DNA of 64,000 bases from an uncultured Muribaculaceae bacterium (lineage in GTDB: Bacteria; Bacillota_I; Bacilli_A; RF39; UBA660): assembly GCA_964545885.1 (NCBI GenBank), contig CAZJHG010000003.1, positions 1,474-65,473 of the forward strand, read 5' to 3'. Numbering within the stretch: the first letter of the stretch is position 1; every line of letters begins with the position of its first letter. A program made the position numbers and the translations under genes. Shown here piece by piece: positions 54,959 to 63,112 of the stretch. The notes beneath the pieces were generated by a model. It was given only the letters and a program-made list of their open reading frames with translations. It had not been told where the DNA came from and ran no database searches.

Positions 54959-55240
54959 ATGGATAATAATAAAACATATCGTTCATACAATGATAAAAAA
55001 ATAATAACAAATAGACTAAATCGAATAGAAGGTCAAATAAATGGTATTAAGAAAATGGTAGAAGATGACCGTCATTGTGACGACATTTTAATTCAATTAC
55101 AAGCGGTTGATAAATCAATAAAATCTCTAGCAAACCTAGTATTAGAAAAACACATGTATGACTGTGTAACTAGTGAATTTGAAAAAGGTAATTTAGAAGT
55201 AATTGATGAAGTAGTAAGTTTATTTAGGAGGTTTCAATAA
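54959..55240 (+). CDS. CsoR/RcnR-family metal-sensing transcriptional repressor
   Basis: NRLNRIEGQINGIKKMVEDDRHCDDILIQLQAV and the HMYDC x-C-H-C ligand pattern, 93 aa. Confidence 0.9.
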   Translation: MDNNKTYRSYNDKKIITNRLNRIEGQINGIKKMVEDDRHCDDILIQLQAVDKSIKSLANLVLEKHMYDCVTSEFEKGNLEVIDEVVSLFRRFQ

Positions 55241-56130
55241 TGAAAACAGAAAAAAATATTTTAATAGCATTTTTACTTAATATAAGTTTCTCAATATTTG
55301 AAATAATAGGAGGAATATTCACTAATAGTGTAGCCATCATATCCGATGCAGTTCACGATTTTGGAGATGCCATCAGTATCGGTATATCTTACTTCTTAGA
55401 AAAAAAGAGTAAGAAAAAACCAGATAATAAATATACATATGGATATACAAGATACTCAGTACTAGGAGCTATTATAACAAATTTAATCTTAGTAATAGGT
55501 TCTATCTTTGTTATATATAATGCTATAAATAGAATAATAACTCCCGAAGAGTTAAACTATAATGGAATGTTAATATTTGCTATAATAGGAGCAATTATTA
55601 ACTTTATAGCAGCATATAAAACAAAAGATGGTGACTCTCTAAATCAAAAAGCAGTTAACTTACATATGTTAGAAGATGTCCTTGGTTGGATAGTAGTCTT
55701 AGTTGGAGCAATAATAATTAAACTAACTAACTTCACTATAATAGATCCAATACTATCTATTTTAGTAGCATTATATATTTTAATTAGTGCTCTAACTTCA
55801 TTTAAAAAAATATTTGATTTATTTCTAGAAAAAACTCCTGAAGATATTGAAATAGAAGAGTTAAAAACACATTTACTAGAGATAAATGGTGTAATAGATG
55901 TTCACCACATTCATATTTGGAGCATAGATGGTTTTAATCACTTTGCAACAATGCATATTATAACAGATACTAAAGATATAAATAAACTAAAACACACTAT
56001 AAAAGAAGAACTAAGTGAACATGGAATTTCTCATACAACAATCGAAATAGAAGACAAAGACTCACGTTGCGATGAACACGAATGTACAATTAAAACAGAT
56101 ACAACTCATCATCACCACCATCATCACTAG
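55240..56130 (+). CDS. Cation diffusion facilitator (CzcD/ZitB-type) transporter with C-terminal His7 tail
   Basis: SDAVHDFGD and HMLEDVLGW (paired HxxxD metal sites), 6 TM segments, and a C-terminal CDEHEC...HHHHHHH. TAATG overlap with the regulator. Confidence 0.9.
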   Translation: MKTEKNILIAFLLNISFSIFEIIGGIFTNSVAIISDAVHDFGDAISIGISYFLEKKSKKKPDNKYTYGYTRYSVLGAIITNLILVIGSIFVIYNAINRIITPEELNYNGMLIFAIIGAIINFIAAYKTKDGDSLNQKAVNLHMLEDVLGWIVVLVGAIIIKLTNFTIIDPILSILVALYILISALTSFKKIFDLFLEKTPEDIEIEELKTHLLEINGVIDVHHIHIWSIDGFNHFATMHIITDTKDINKLKHTIKEELSEHGISHTTIEIEDKDSRCDEHECTIKTDTTHHHHHHH

Positions 56131-56141
56131 GAGAGTGTGTT

Positions 56142-56552
56142 ATGAAAAATAAAAAAGTTTCAAAAAAACTTTTGATAATCCTAATTATAATCGTTTTAGC
56201 AATAAGTATATTAATACTTGGCAAATATCTAGAAAATAAAAAATATGATGATAAACTAGATACCATCATCACTCAAAATAATTGGTCTAGAGAAACAAAA
56301 AGTGACACTGAATTTATTTATTTTAATGAAAAAGGTGATTTTGGCTACTACTGTTCATGCGGTAACGGAGTAGACTACTATGAACTATGTGATTCATATA
56401 AATATGATGAAAAAACACAAACTATTAAATTAAAATGTTTATTGCCAATCGTTGATAACAAAATCAAAGTAATAGAATATGATGAAGAACAACTCACTTT
56501 AAATATTAATGGTGAAGAAAGAACTTTTGTTTCTCAAAATATAAAAGAATAA
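56142..56552 (+). CDS. Hypothetical N-terminally anchored protein
   Basis: 136 aa with a basic N-terminus, a TM segment, and a Cys-containing globular part. RBS GGAGAG. Confidence 0.55.
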   Translation: MKNKKVSKKLLIILIIIVLAISILILGKYLENKKYDDKLDTIITQNNWSRETKSDTEFIYFNEKGDFGYYCSCGNGVDYYELCDSYKYDEKTQTIKLKCLLPIVDNKIKVIEYDEEQLTLNINGEERTFVSQNIKE

Positions 56553-56577
56553 AAAAATAAAAAATACTTTTTGTATA

Positions 56578-56586
56578 TGCTATAAT
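56578..56586 (+). promoter_or_regulatory. Extended -10 promoter TGCTATAAT
   Basis: tataTGCTATAAT 19 nt upstream of ATG 56605. Confidence 0.6.
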
Positions 56587-56604
56587 AATTATAGGAGTGA
56601 TAAT

Positions 56605-56820
56605 ATGTATAAGTATGTATATAAAAGAATTGAAATGTTTTATGAAGGCTGGGGCCCACTAGGTGGCAATGTGTTTTTGACAGAAAATCATCAAGAAACA
56701 ATAAATAAAATGGCCGAAAAAGGATATCGTTACATCGGATTTATTCCTGTAAAACAAAGAGGTACAGGTCATATTGAAATAATGGACCTAATATTTGAAA
56801 AAGAAATAGATAAGAAGTAA
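56605..56820 (+). CDS. Small hypothetical protein (possibly DUF4177-like)
   Basis: 71 aa with INKMAEKGYRYIGFIPV. Good RBS AGGAGTGA. Confidence 0.5.
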   Translation: MYKYVYKRIEMFYEGWGPLGGNVFLTENHQETINKMAEKGYRYIGFIPVKQRGTGHIEIMDLIFEKEIDKK

Positions 56821-56822
56821 AA

Positions 56823-57452
56823 ATGGATTATATAATTGATTTATTAGTACAACTTATTACAGATGGAACTTATGATTTAAGCGATACTAAAGAAACTCCA
56901 AAATGGTTAACAATACCTCTTATTATAATGATACTATTTATATTACTAGGTACTATTATATTAATATTTACAACAGGAATTTTGTCTCTAAAAGAAAATA
57001 AATTATTAGGAATTATTTTACTAATTATTAGTATTGTAATATTGATATATTGTATATATAGATTTATTCATTTTATTAAAATAAGAGATCCTGAATCAAC
57101 TGATTCCAAAAGATGGAATAAATTTGTTGAACAAATATGTCCTAAAAAATTAAAAGACTTAAATGAAGTACAAAAAAACGCAGTGTTATGTTTTTACTAT
57201 GATCGAGAAATGAGTATCGGTGGACATGTTTGTTATTTTGACAACTATAGAAAAGTTTCAAATGAAGATTTAAAGAGTGCATTAAAAATAATAGCTAATA
57301 AGAAGTATGTAGAAATTTTTGAAGAAGCTATTGAACATGGAAAAGATGACAATTACGAAAAAGTAGATTCGTTATATAAAAAAATCTCTCCTTGTTTAAC
57401 AGAATACTTAGAAGCTTATGTTTTAAAAAATTATAAAGATATTTTAGAATAA
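56823..57452 (+). CDS. Membrane protein with C-terminal DMP19/DUF4375-like region (tentative)
   Basis: Two TM segments, then NEVQKNAVLCFYYDREMSIGGHVCYFDNY, which resembles the DUF4375 NGG..YF.N motif. Confidence 0.45.
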   Translation: MDYIIDLLVQLITDGTYDLSDTKETPKWLTIPLIIMILFILLGTIILIFTTGILSLKENKLLGIILLIISIVILIYCIYRFIHFIKIRDPESTDSKRWNKFVEQICPKKLKDLNEVQKNAVLCFYYDREMSIGGHVCYFDNYRKVSNEDLKSALKIIANKKYVEIFEEAIEHGKDDNYEKVDSLYKKISPCLTEYLEAYVLKNYKDILE

Positions 57453-57476
57453 AAAAGAAGAATAGAGAGGTACAAC

Positions 57477-57938
57477 ATGGAAAAAGTAATAAGGGTAGAT
57501 TTAGATTCAGAACTTGAATTGTATGAAAAATACGATAGTACAATAGCATCAAGAGAATTAGTGGAGTATATTTTAGAACATGCTAAAGAAGCAAACAAAA
57601 AAGATGATATAAAAATTATAATTTATAAAAAAAACATTTCTCAAGACACTATTAAAATTATAAAAAATGGTTTAAAATCAAAGTATAAAAGAAACTATTT
57701 TCACAAAAGAAATAATGATATAAAGCAAGTGCTTATGTTATTAGGAGGAGCTCTTTCTTTAGCGGTATCAACCCTCATAAAAGAAACAATTTTTAATGAA
57801 ATAGCTCTAATAGGTGGTTGGGTTCTAATTTGGGAAACAATAGAATCCAATATATTCGATGATAGTAAGACAAAAATGGAAAATAAACTTATTGAAAAAA
57901 TATTAAAAAGTGAATTCGTAGAAGAAAAAATGAAGTAA
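57477..57938 (+). CDS. Hypothetical protein with C-terminal TM hairpin
   Basis: 153 aa, RBS GAGAGG. No recognisable family motif. Confidence 0.5.
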   Translation: MEKVIRVDLDSELELYEKYDSTIASRELVEYILEHAKEANKKDDIKIIIYKKNISQDTIKIIKNGLKSKYKRNYFHKRNNDIKQVLMLLGGALSLAVSTLIKETIFNEIALIGGWVLIWETIESNIFDDSKTKMENKLIEKILKSEFVEEKMK

Positions 57939-57984
57939 TCTGTACTTTGTTAAGTGTCAATAGAATTTAAAGCGAGATGATTGA

Positions 57985-58464
57985 ATGGGAATTTTTATAT
58001 ACGCTTTTACAGCTACTGGGAAATCATCCTTAGCTAAAAAATATAAGAACGTTATTGATATGGAATCTACATTATATAAATATCAAGGTATTGCAAAAGA
58101 AGACGAGAAATCAAAAGGTACTTCAAGAGAAATAAACAAAGAGTGGCCTAACAATTACTTTCAAGCATTAAAAGAAGTAAAAGATAAATATGATTATATT
58201 CTTATTTCAGATGACATATGTAATGAATTTCTAAAGAGTAATAAATATGAATACTGGTGGATTTATCCAAAAATTGAATTAAAATCAGAGTATTTAGAAA
58301 GATGTAAGAAAAGAGGAAACAACCAAGAATTTATTAAATGGTATTCTAAACTTTGGGATGAATGGATAGAAAATTGTATAAATGACAAAAATGCTTCGAA
58401 ACATATCCAGTTAAAAAGTAATGAGTATCTTGAAGATGTCCTACCCAATTTAAAGGTATTCTAG
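57985..58464 (+). CDS. Small P-loop NTPase-like protein
   Basis: AFTATGKSSLAKKY Walker-A-like motif at the N-terminus, 159 aa. Confidence 0.5.
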   Translation: MGIFIYAFTATGKSSLAKKYKNVIDMESTLYKYQGIAKEDEKSKGTSREINKEWPNNYFQALKEVKDKYDYILISDDICNEFLKSNKYEYWWIYPKIELKSEYLERCKKRGNNQEFIKWYSKLWDEWIENCINDKNASKHIQLKSNEYLEDVLPNLKVF

Positions 58465-58510
58465 ATACTATTAAAAAAATCAAAAATAAGCAAAATACAA
58501 GGAGGAAATT

Positions 58511-59422
58511 ATGAATAATAAAGTAGTAATAATTGGTTGCGGTAATGTTGGTATGAGTTATGCCTATGCTTTACTTAATCAAAGAACTTATGTTAATAAA
58601 TTAATGTTAATTGATTTAAACAGAGAAAGAATAGAAGGCGAAGTAGCTGACTTAAATCATTGTTTACCATATGCGCCATCTAAAATAAGTATTAATGTTG
58701 GAGACTATGCAGATTGTAAAGATGCTAGAATAGTAGTAATAGCTGCTGGAGCTAACCAAAAGCCAGGTGAAACAAGAACTGATTTAATTCATAAAAATGC
58801 CAGTATTTTTAAAGATATCATAGACAAAGTAATGGCATCCGGATTCAATGGAATATTCCTAGTAGCAACAAATCCTTTAGATGTTATGACATATTTAACA
58901 TATAAATATTCAGGACTTCCATCTAATCAAGTAATCGGTACTGGAACAAGTCTTGATACAGCCAGATTACAATTATTAATAGGAAAAAAACTATGTATTA
59001 ATCCTAAGAATATTCAAGGATATGTAATTGGTGAACATGGGGACTCAGAATTTATTCCATGGAGTAATGCTAATATATGTCTTCAAAATATTAAACAATT
59101 TTTTAAAGAAGAAGAGTTGAACGCGATAGAAGAAGACGTAAGAAATGCTGCATATGAAATAATTAATAAAAAAGGTGCAACTTATTATGGAATAGGTATG
59201 GCTATGGTAAGGATAACCAATGCTATCCTTGGTAACGAAAATACTATAATAGCTTTATCTGTTTATGATGAAACAAATGATGTATATGTTGGTCTACCAG
59301 CAATAGTTAATTCTAATGGTGTAGAAAGACGTATTAAGTTAAATTTAACTAGTGATGAAGAAGAGAAGTTAGCAAATTCTATAAGAACAATAAAAGAAAA
59401 TATAAATTGTATAAAAGACTAA
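58511..59422 (+). CDS. ldh: L-lactate dehydrogenase
   Basis: VVIIGCGNVGMSYAY, AGANQKPGETR, GEHGDSE (catalytic His), 303 aa. Confidence 0.9.
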   Translation: MNNKVVIIGCGNVGMSYAYALLNQRTYVNKLMLIDLNRERIEGEVADLNHCLPYAPSKISINVGDYADCKDARIVVIAAGANQKPGETRTDLIHKNASIFKDIIDKVMASGFNGIFLVATNPLDVMTYLTYKYSGLPSNQVIGTGTSLDTARLQLLIGKKLCINPKNIQGYVIGEHGDSEFIPWSNANICLQNIKQFFKEEELNAIEEDVRNAAYEIINKKGATYYGIGMAMVRITNAILGNENTIIALSVYDETNDVYVGLPAIVNSNGVERRIKLNLTSDEEEKLANSIRTIKENINCIKD

Positions 59423-59452
59423 GAAGTTAACAACTAATTAACTTCTTTTTTT
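59421..59452 (+). terminator. Rho-independent terminator after ldh
   Basis: aagaagttaa / ttaacttctt 10-bp stem followed by T7. Confidence 0.8.
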
Positions 59453-59528
59453 AGTAAACAATAAATTCTAATTACAAAGCCCATACAAATTATTATAAAT
59501 ACATATAATAAAATGAAAGGGGTAAAAT

Positions 59529-59903
59529 ATGAGTAATAATTTAGATGCTATAAGACGTCGTATTGAGTGTGAACAAGAAAAAATGCCGAAGCAAGGATGT
59601 TGTTGTAATTTTAGAACGCAAACAAGTGGAATAACTGGCCCAACTGGCCCACAAGGAGCAACAGGTCCAACCGGTCCCACAGGTCCAACCGGACCACAAG
59701 GTGAAACTGGACCAACTGGTTTAACTCCAACATTAACAATAGGTGAAGTTACAACTGGCGACCCAGGTAGCACAGCAACAGCATCAATTACCGGAACATC
59801 ACCAGACTTTGTACTTAACTTAACAATACCTCAAGGTCCAACTGGACCAACAGGTCCTCAAGGAGAAACTGGTCCAACCGGTCCAACAGGGCCTTCGTCT
59901 TAG
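59529..59903 (+). CDS. Short collagen-like (Gly-X-Thr triple-helix repeat) protein
   Basis: [31 protein letters not shown], a ~37-aa non-collagen insert, then [20 protein letters not shown]. The N-terminus has CCC. Locally GC-rich. Confidence 0.75.
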   Translation: MSNNLDAIRRRIECEQEKMPKQGCCCNFRTQTSGITGPTGPQGATGPTGPTGPTGPQGETGPTGLTPTLTIGEVTTGDPGSTATASITGTSPDFVLNLTIPQGPTGPTGPQGETGPTGPTGPSS

Positions 59904-59939
59904 AAAATTATCTCAAAAAGTAAACACTAATACACAAGA

Positions 59940-59964
59940 AGGAGTAGTTAAATACTACTTTTTC
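59940..59964 (+). terminator. Rho-independent terminator
   Basis: agtagt-taaat-actact stem, extended by G.U pairs, followed by T5. Confidence 0.55.
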
Positions 59965-59974
59965 ATTTGAAATT

Positions 59975-59983
59975 TGTTATAAT
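59975..59983 (+). promoter_or_regulatory. Extended -10 promoter TGTTATAAT
   Basis: tttTGTTATAAT 24 nt upstream of ATG 60007. Confidence 0.55.
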
Positions 59984-60006
59984 AAATACATAAATAGGAG
60001 GACAAA

Positions 60007-60816
60007 ATGAAAACAGTAGTAATAACAGGAAGCGCTAGAGGCCTAGGTTTCGAAATGGCCAAGTTATTTAAAAAAGCCAATCTAAACGTTGTAATAAGTG
60101 ACTTAAAAGAAGAAAATTTAATAAAAGCCAAAGAAGAATTAGATAAAATAGAATCACAATCAAAAGTAGAATATCAAGTATGCAATGTTACAAGTAGTGA
60201 GGATGTTCAAAAACTAATTGATTTTACAACATCTAAATTTAAAACTATAGATATTTGGATAAATAATGCCGGAGTAAATCAACCAGATAAAGCTATTTGG
60301 AAATTAACCGAAGAAGAAATAAATTTAGTTTTAGATGTTGATTTAAAAGGAGCTATAATAGGTTCAAAACTAGCTATGGAAGAAATGTCCAAACAACATA
60401 AAGGAGCTATCTATAACATAGAAGGATATGGTAGCAACGATGCAATGATGTTAGGTTTATCAATCTATGGTACTAGTAAAAGAGCGATAACATATTTTAC
60501 TCAAAGCTTAGCAAAAGAATCAGAACAACGTAACACAGGAGTTATAATAGGAAGACTTAGTCCTGGTATAATGATTACAGACTTTATAACTAATGCTTTA
60601 GGCGATAAAGGAAAAATCGAATTACCAGAAAAAACAAAAAAAGTATATAACATATTAGGAGACTATCCAGATGTAGTAGCAAACTTCTTAGTAACAGAAA
60701 TGTTAAAAAACACCAAAAATAATGCTCATATCGAATGGTTAACTAATAGTAAAGCGGCATGGCGCTTTATGACATCTAGTTTCAACAAAAGAGACTTTTT
60801 TAACAAAATAAAATAA
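60007..60816 (+). CDS. SDR-family oxidoreductase
   Basis: VVITGSARGLG (TGxxxGxG), NNAG, and YGTSK (YxxxK), 269 aa. Confidence 0.9.
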   Translation: MKTVVITGSARGLGFEMAKLFKKANLNVVISDLKEENLIKAKEELDKIESQSKVEYQVCNVTSSEDVQKLIDFTTSKFKTIDIWINNAGVNQPDKAIWKLTEEEINLVLDVDLKGAIIGSKLAMEEMSKQHKGAIYNIEGYGSNDAMMLGLSIYGTSKRAITYFTQSLAKESEQRNTGVIIGRLSPGIMITDFITNALGDKGKIELPEKTKKVYNILGDYPDVVANFLVTEMLKNTKNNAHIEWLTNSKAAWRFMTSSFNKRDFFNKIK

Positions 60817-60835
60817 TTATAAAAGGATGATATTA

Positions 60836-61714
60836 ATGAACAAATCAAAAGTATATTTTACTAGCGTTCTAGAACCTAGTAGTTTAATAAGATTATATAA
60901 AGAAATAGGTGAATATTTACCTGGTAAAGTAGCAGTAAAACTTCATTCTGGCGAGGAAGGAAATCAAAACTATTTAAAACCAGAATTCGTTAAAGAAATA
61001 ATTAATTATGTAAATGGTACAGTAGTTGAATGTAATACTGCATACGAAGGAGCGAGAAATACTACCGAAAAACACATCAAGTTAATGGAATCTCATGGTT
61101 GGAGTGATAATTTTGATGTAGATATCTTAGATAGTGAAGGTGAAGTAGTATTAGAAAATCCTACTGGCGAAATAATCCAGAAAAATTATGTAGGATCTCA
61201 TATGAAAAATTATCATTCTATGCTTGTATTATCTCATTTCAAAGGACATCCAATGGGTGGCTTTGGTGGAGCATTAAAAAACATTTCTATTGGTCTAGCT
61301 TCAAGTAACGGAAAAAGATATATTCACTGTAATGGTGTAGAAAATGCTTCTTATGAAGATATGTTTACTGCTGATCACGATTCATTCATCAAAGGAATGG
61401 CTGATTCAGCGAAAACTATTACAGATTTTTACCAAGATAAAATCGTATTCATTAATTCAGTAGTAAATTTATCAGTAGATTGTGATTGCTGTGCAACAGC
61501 TAAAGCTCCATGTATGAAAGATATTGGTATCCTAGCCTCAACTGACCCAGTAGCTTTAGATCAAGCTTGCATTGACTTAATTTATAATTCACATGATAAA
61601 GGAAGAGATGAGTTAGTTGAAAGAATTGAATCTCGTAATGGGCTACTGATATTAGAATCAGCAGAAAAACAAAACATTGGTACAAGGGAATACGAACTAA
61701 TAAATATAGACTAG
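60836..61714 (+). CDS. DUF362-domain protein
   Basis: VYFT..., KLHSGEEGN, HFKGHPMGGFGGALKNISIG. ATG 60836 is preferred because the track start 60827 lies inside the RBS. Family assignment from memory. Confidence 0.65.
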   Translation: MNKSKVYFTSVLEPSSLIRLYKEIGEYLPGKVAVKLHSGEEGNQNYLKPEFVKEIINYVNGTVVECNTAYEGARNTTEKHIKLMESHGWSDNFDVDILDSEGEVVLENPTGEIIQKNYVGSHMKNYHSMLVLSHFKGHPMGGFGGALKNISIGLASSNGKRYIHCNGVENASYEDMFTADHDSFIKGMADSAKTITDFYQDKIVFINSVVNLSVDCDCCATAKAPCMKDIGILASTDPVALDQACIDLIYNSHDKGRDELVERIESRNGLLILESAEKQNIGTREYELINID

Positions 61715-61737
61715 ATATTGCATAGCAATATCTTTTA
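61713..61737 (+). terminator. Rho-independent terminator
   Basis: agatattgc-ata-gcaatatct perfect 9-bp stem followed by T4. Confidence 0.75.
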
Positions 61738-61785
61738 TTATTGAACAAACCTCCAAAAATTAGATATAATTAATATGGTGATAGT

Positions 61786-63108
61786 ATGAGCAATAAATTA
61801 TTTGATACTCAAACAAGAACAGAATTACACACTCATTTACTAAGTTTATTAAGTGCTGATAAATTCTTAATATTATTAAAAAACTATTATCCAATAATAA
61901 GAGATGTATTAAGAAATCCTACTATTAAAGATACAATAAAATTACCGATAATAGAATTATACAATCTACCATTAGATGAACTAAAAAAAAGACTAACTAT
62001 ATATAATCCAATAGATAATACTCAAACTATGAGTGATTTCTTTATTCCAAGAAGAACTCTATTAAGTGTATATAGTTCACTAATAAATGAATATCCATTT
62101 TTAAAAATGCTCGAATTAACCAAAAACACATCATCATCAAAAGAAATTCAAAACCACTTTTTTAATCTATACTTAGAAAAGTCATTAAACGAAAAAGATT
62201 TAGTAAATGGTTTAATTTATAGTGAATATATAAATATGTCTTTAGAAGAACTAATTAATCAAGGAGTAAAATATGTAGAAATAAGTTATTCAAATCTTCC
62301 TATAATAAGAAATATTTATATAAAAAAAGAAATCAGGGAGCAAATAGATTGTCGTTTTATGTTATGTACAAATCGTGAAAATATAGCATTCCATTTTGAA
62401 CCAGAGAAAAAATCAAAAAAGGAAAGAAAAAAGTATACGTTTAAAAAAGACGCAGCTCCTAGTTTGAAAAGCGGTCTAGAATGGAGTCACAGGGAGGCTT
62501 TAATAGATACATTAGACGGAAAACAAAAAAACATAATTGGTTTTGATATAATGGGTCAAGAAACTCCGTTACGTGATCAGGAGTTATCAAGAGACCCTAA
62601 TTCCGAAGTGAGTTTCTATAATAAATTGAAAATAATATTAGAGATTCTTCAAGAAGATTATCAAGAAACAGGCATAATGACAACGTTTAGAATTCATGGT
62701 GGAGAAACTCCTAATACAGATGATAATATATTTAATACATTAACTATGTTAAAAGAATTAGCTCCATTATCTCCTTTAAAGCAAATCCCACCACCAGAGA
62801 TAAGAATAGGTCATGGAGTATATTTTAAAGATACTAAAAAATACTTTGAGCTATTAAAAAGTTTAAATGTAATAGTAGAAATTAATTCTACATCTAATAT
62901 AAAATTAGGAAATGTAGCAAGAATAACTGATATTAGGTATAAAAGATATCTAGAAGAAGGAATACCTATTGTAATAGCAACCGATGGTCATGGCTTATAT
63001 GACACGACAAAAATAAATGAAGATAACAATGCAAAGGCAGTATTAGGCGACTATTTCGACGTTGTAATAGCAACAGATGAATATGTTTTAGGACAGAAAA
63101 CAAGGTGA
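61786..63108 (+). CDS. Divergent adenosine/AMP-deaminase-fold metallohydrolase
   Basis: ELHTHL (His15/His17), RIHGGET (HxxE), RIGHGVY, EINSTSN, and ATDGHG in place of TDD. 440 aa with large insertions. Confidence 0.65.
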   Translation: MSNKLFDTQTRTELHTHLLSLLSADKFLILLKNYYPIIRDVLRNPTIKDTIKLPIIELYNLPLDELKKRLTIYNPIDNTQTMSDFFIPRRTLLSVYSSLINEYPFLKMLELTKNTSSSKEIQNHFFNLYLEKSLNEKDLVNGLIYSEYINMSLEELINQGVKYVEISYSNLPIIRNIYIKKEIREQIDCRFMLCTNRENIAFHFEPEKKSKKERKKYTFKKDAAPSLKSGLEWSHREALIDTLDGKQKNIIGFDIMGQETPLRDQELSRDPNSEVSFYNKLKIILEILQEDYQETGIMTTFRIHGGETPNTDDNIFNTLTMLKELAPLSPLKQIPPPEIRIGHGVYFKDTKKYFELLKSLNVIVEINSTSNIKLGNVARITDIRYKRYLEEGIPIVIATDGHGLYDTTKINEDNNAKAVLGDYFDVVIATDEYVLGQKTR

Positions 63109-63112
63109 TATT

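Noticed and set aside
59468-59773. 101-aa minus-strand ORF rich in PVGP repeats
   Set aside because: It is the reverse-complement reading of the collagen-like GPT repeats. The plus-strand ORF has an RBS (AAAGGGG) and a terminator, and this one has neither.
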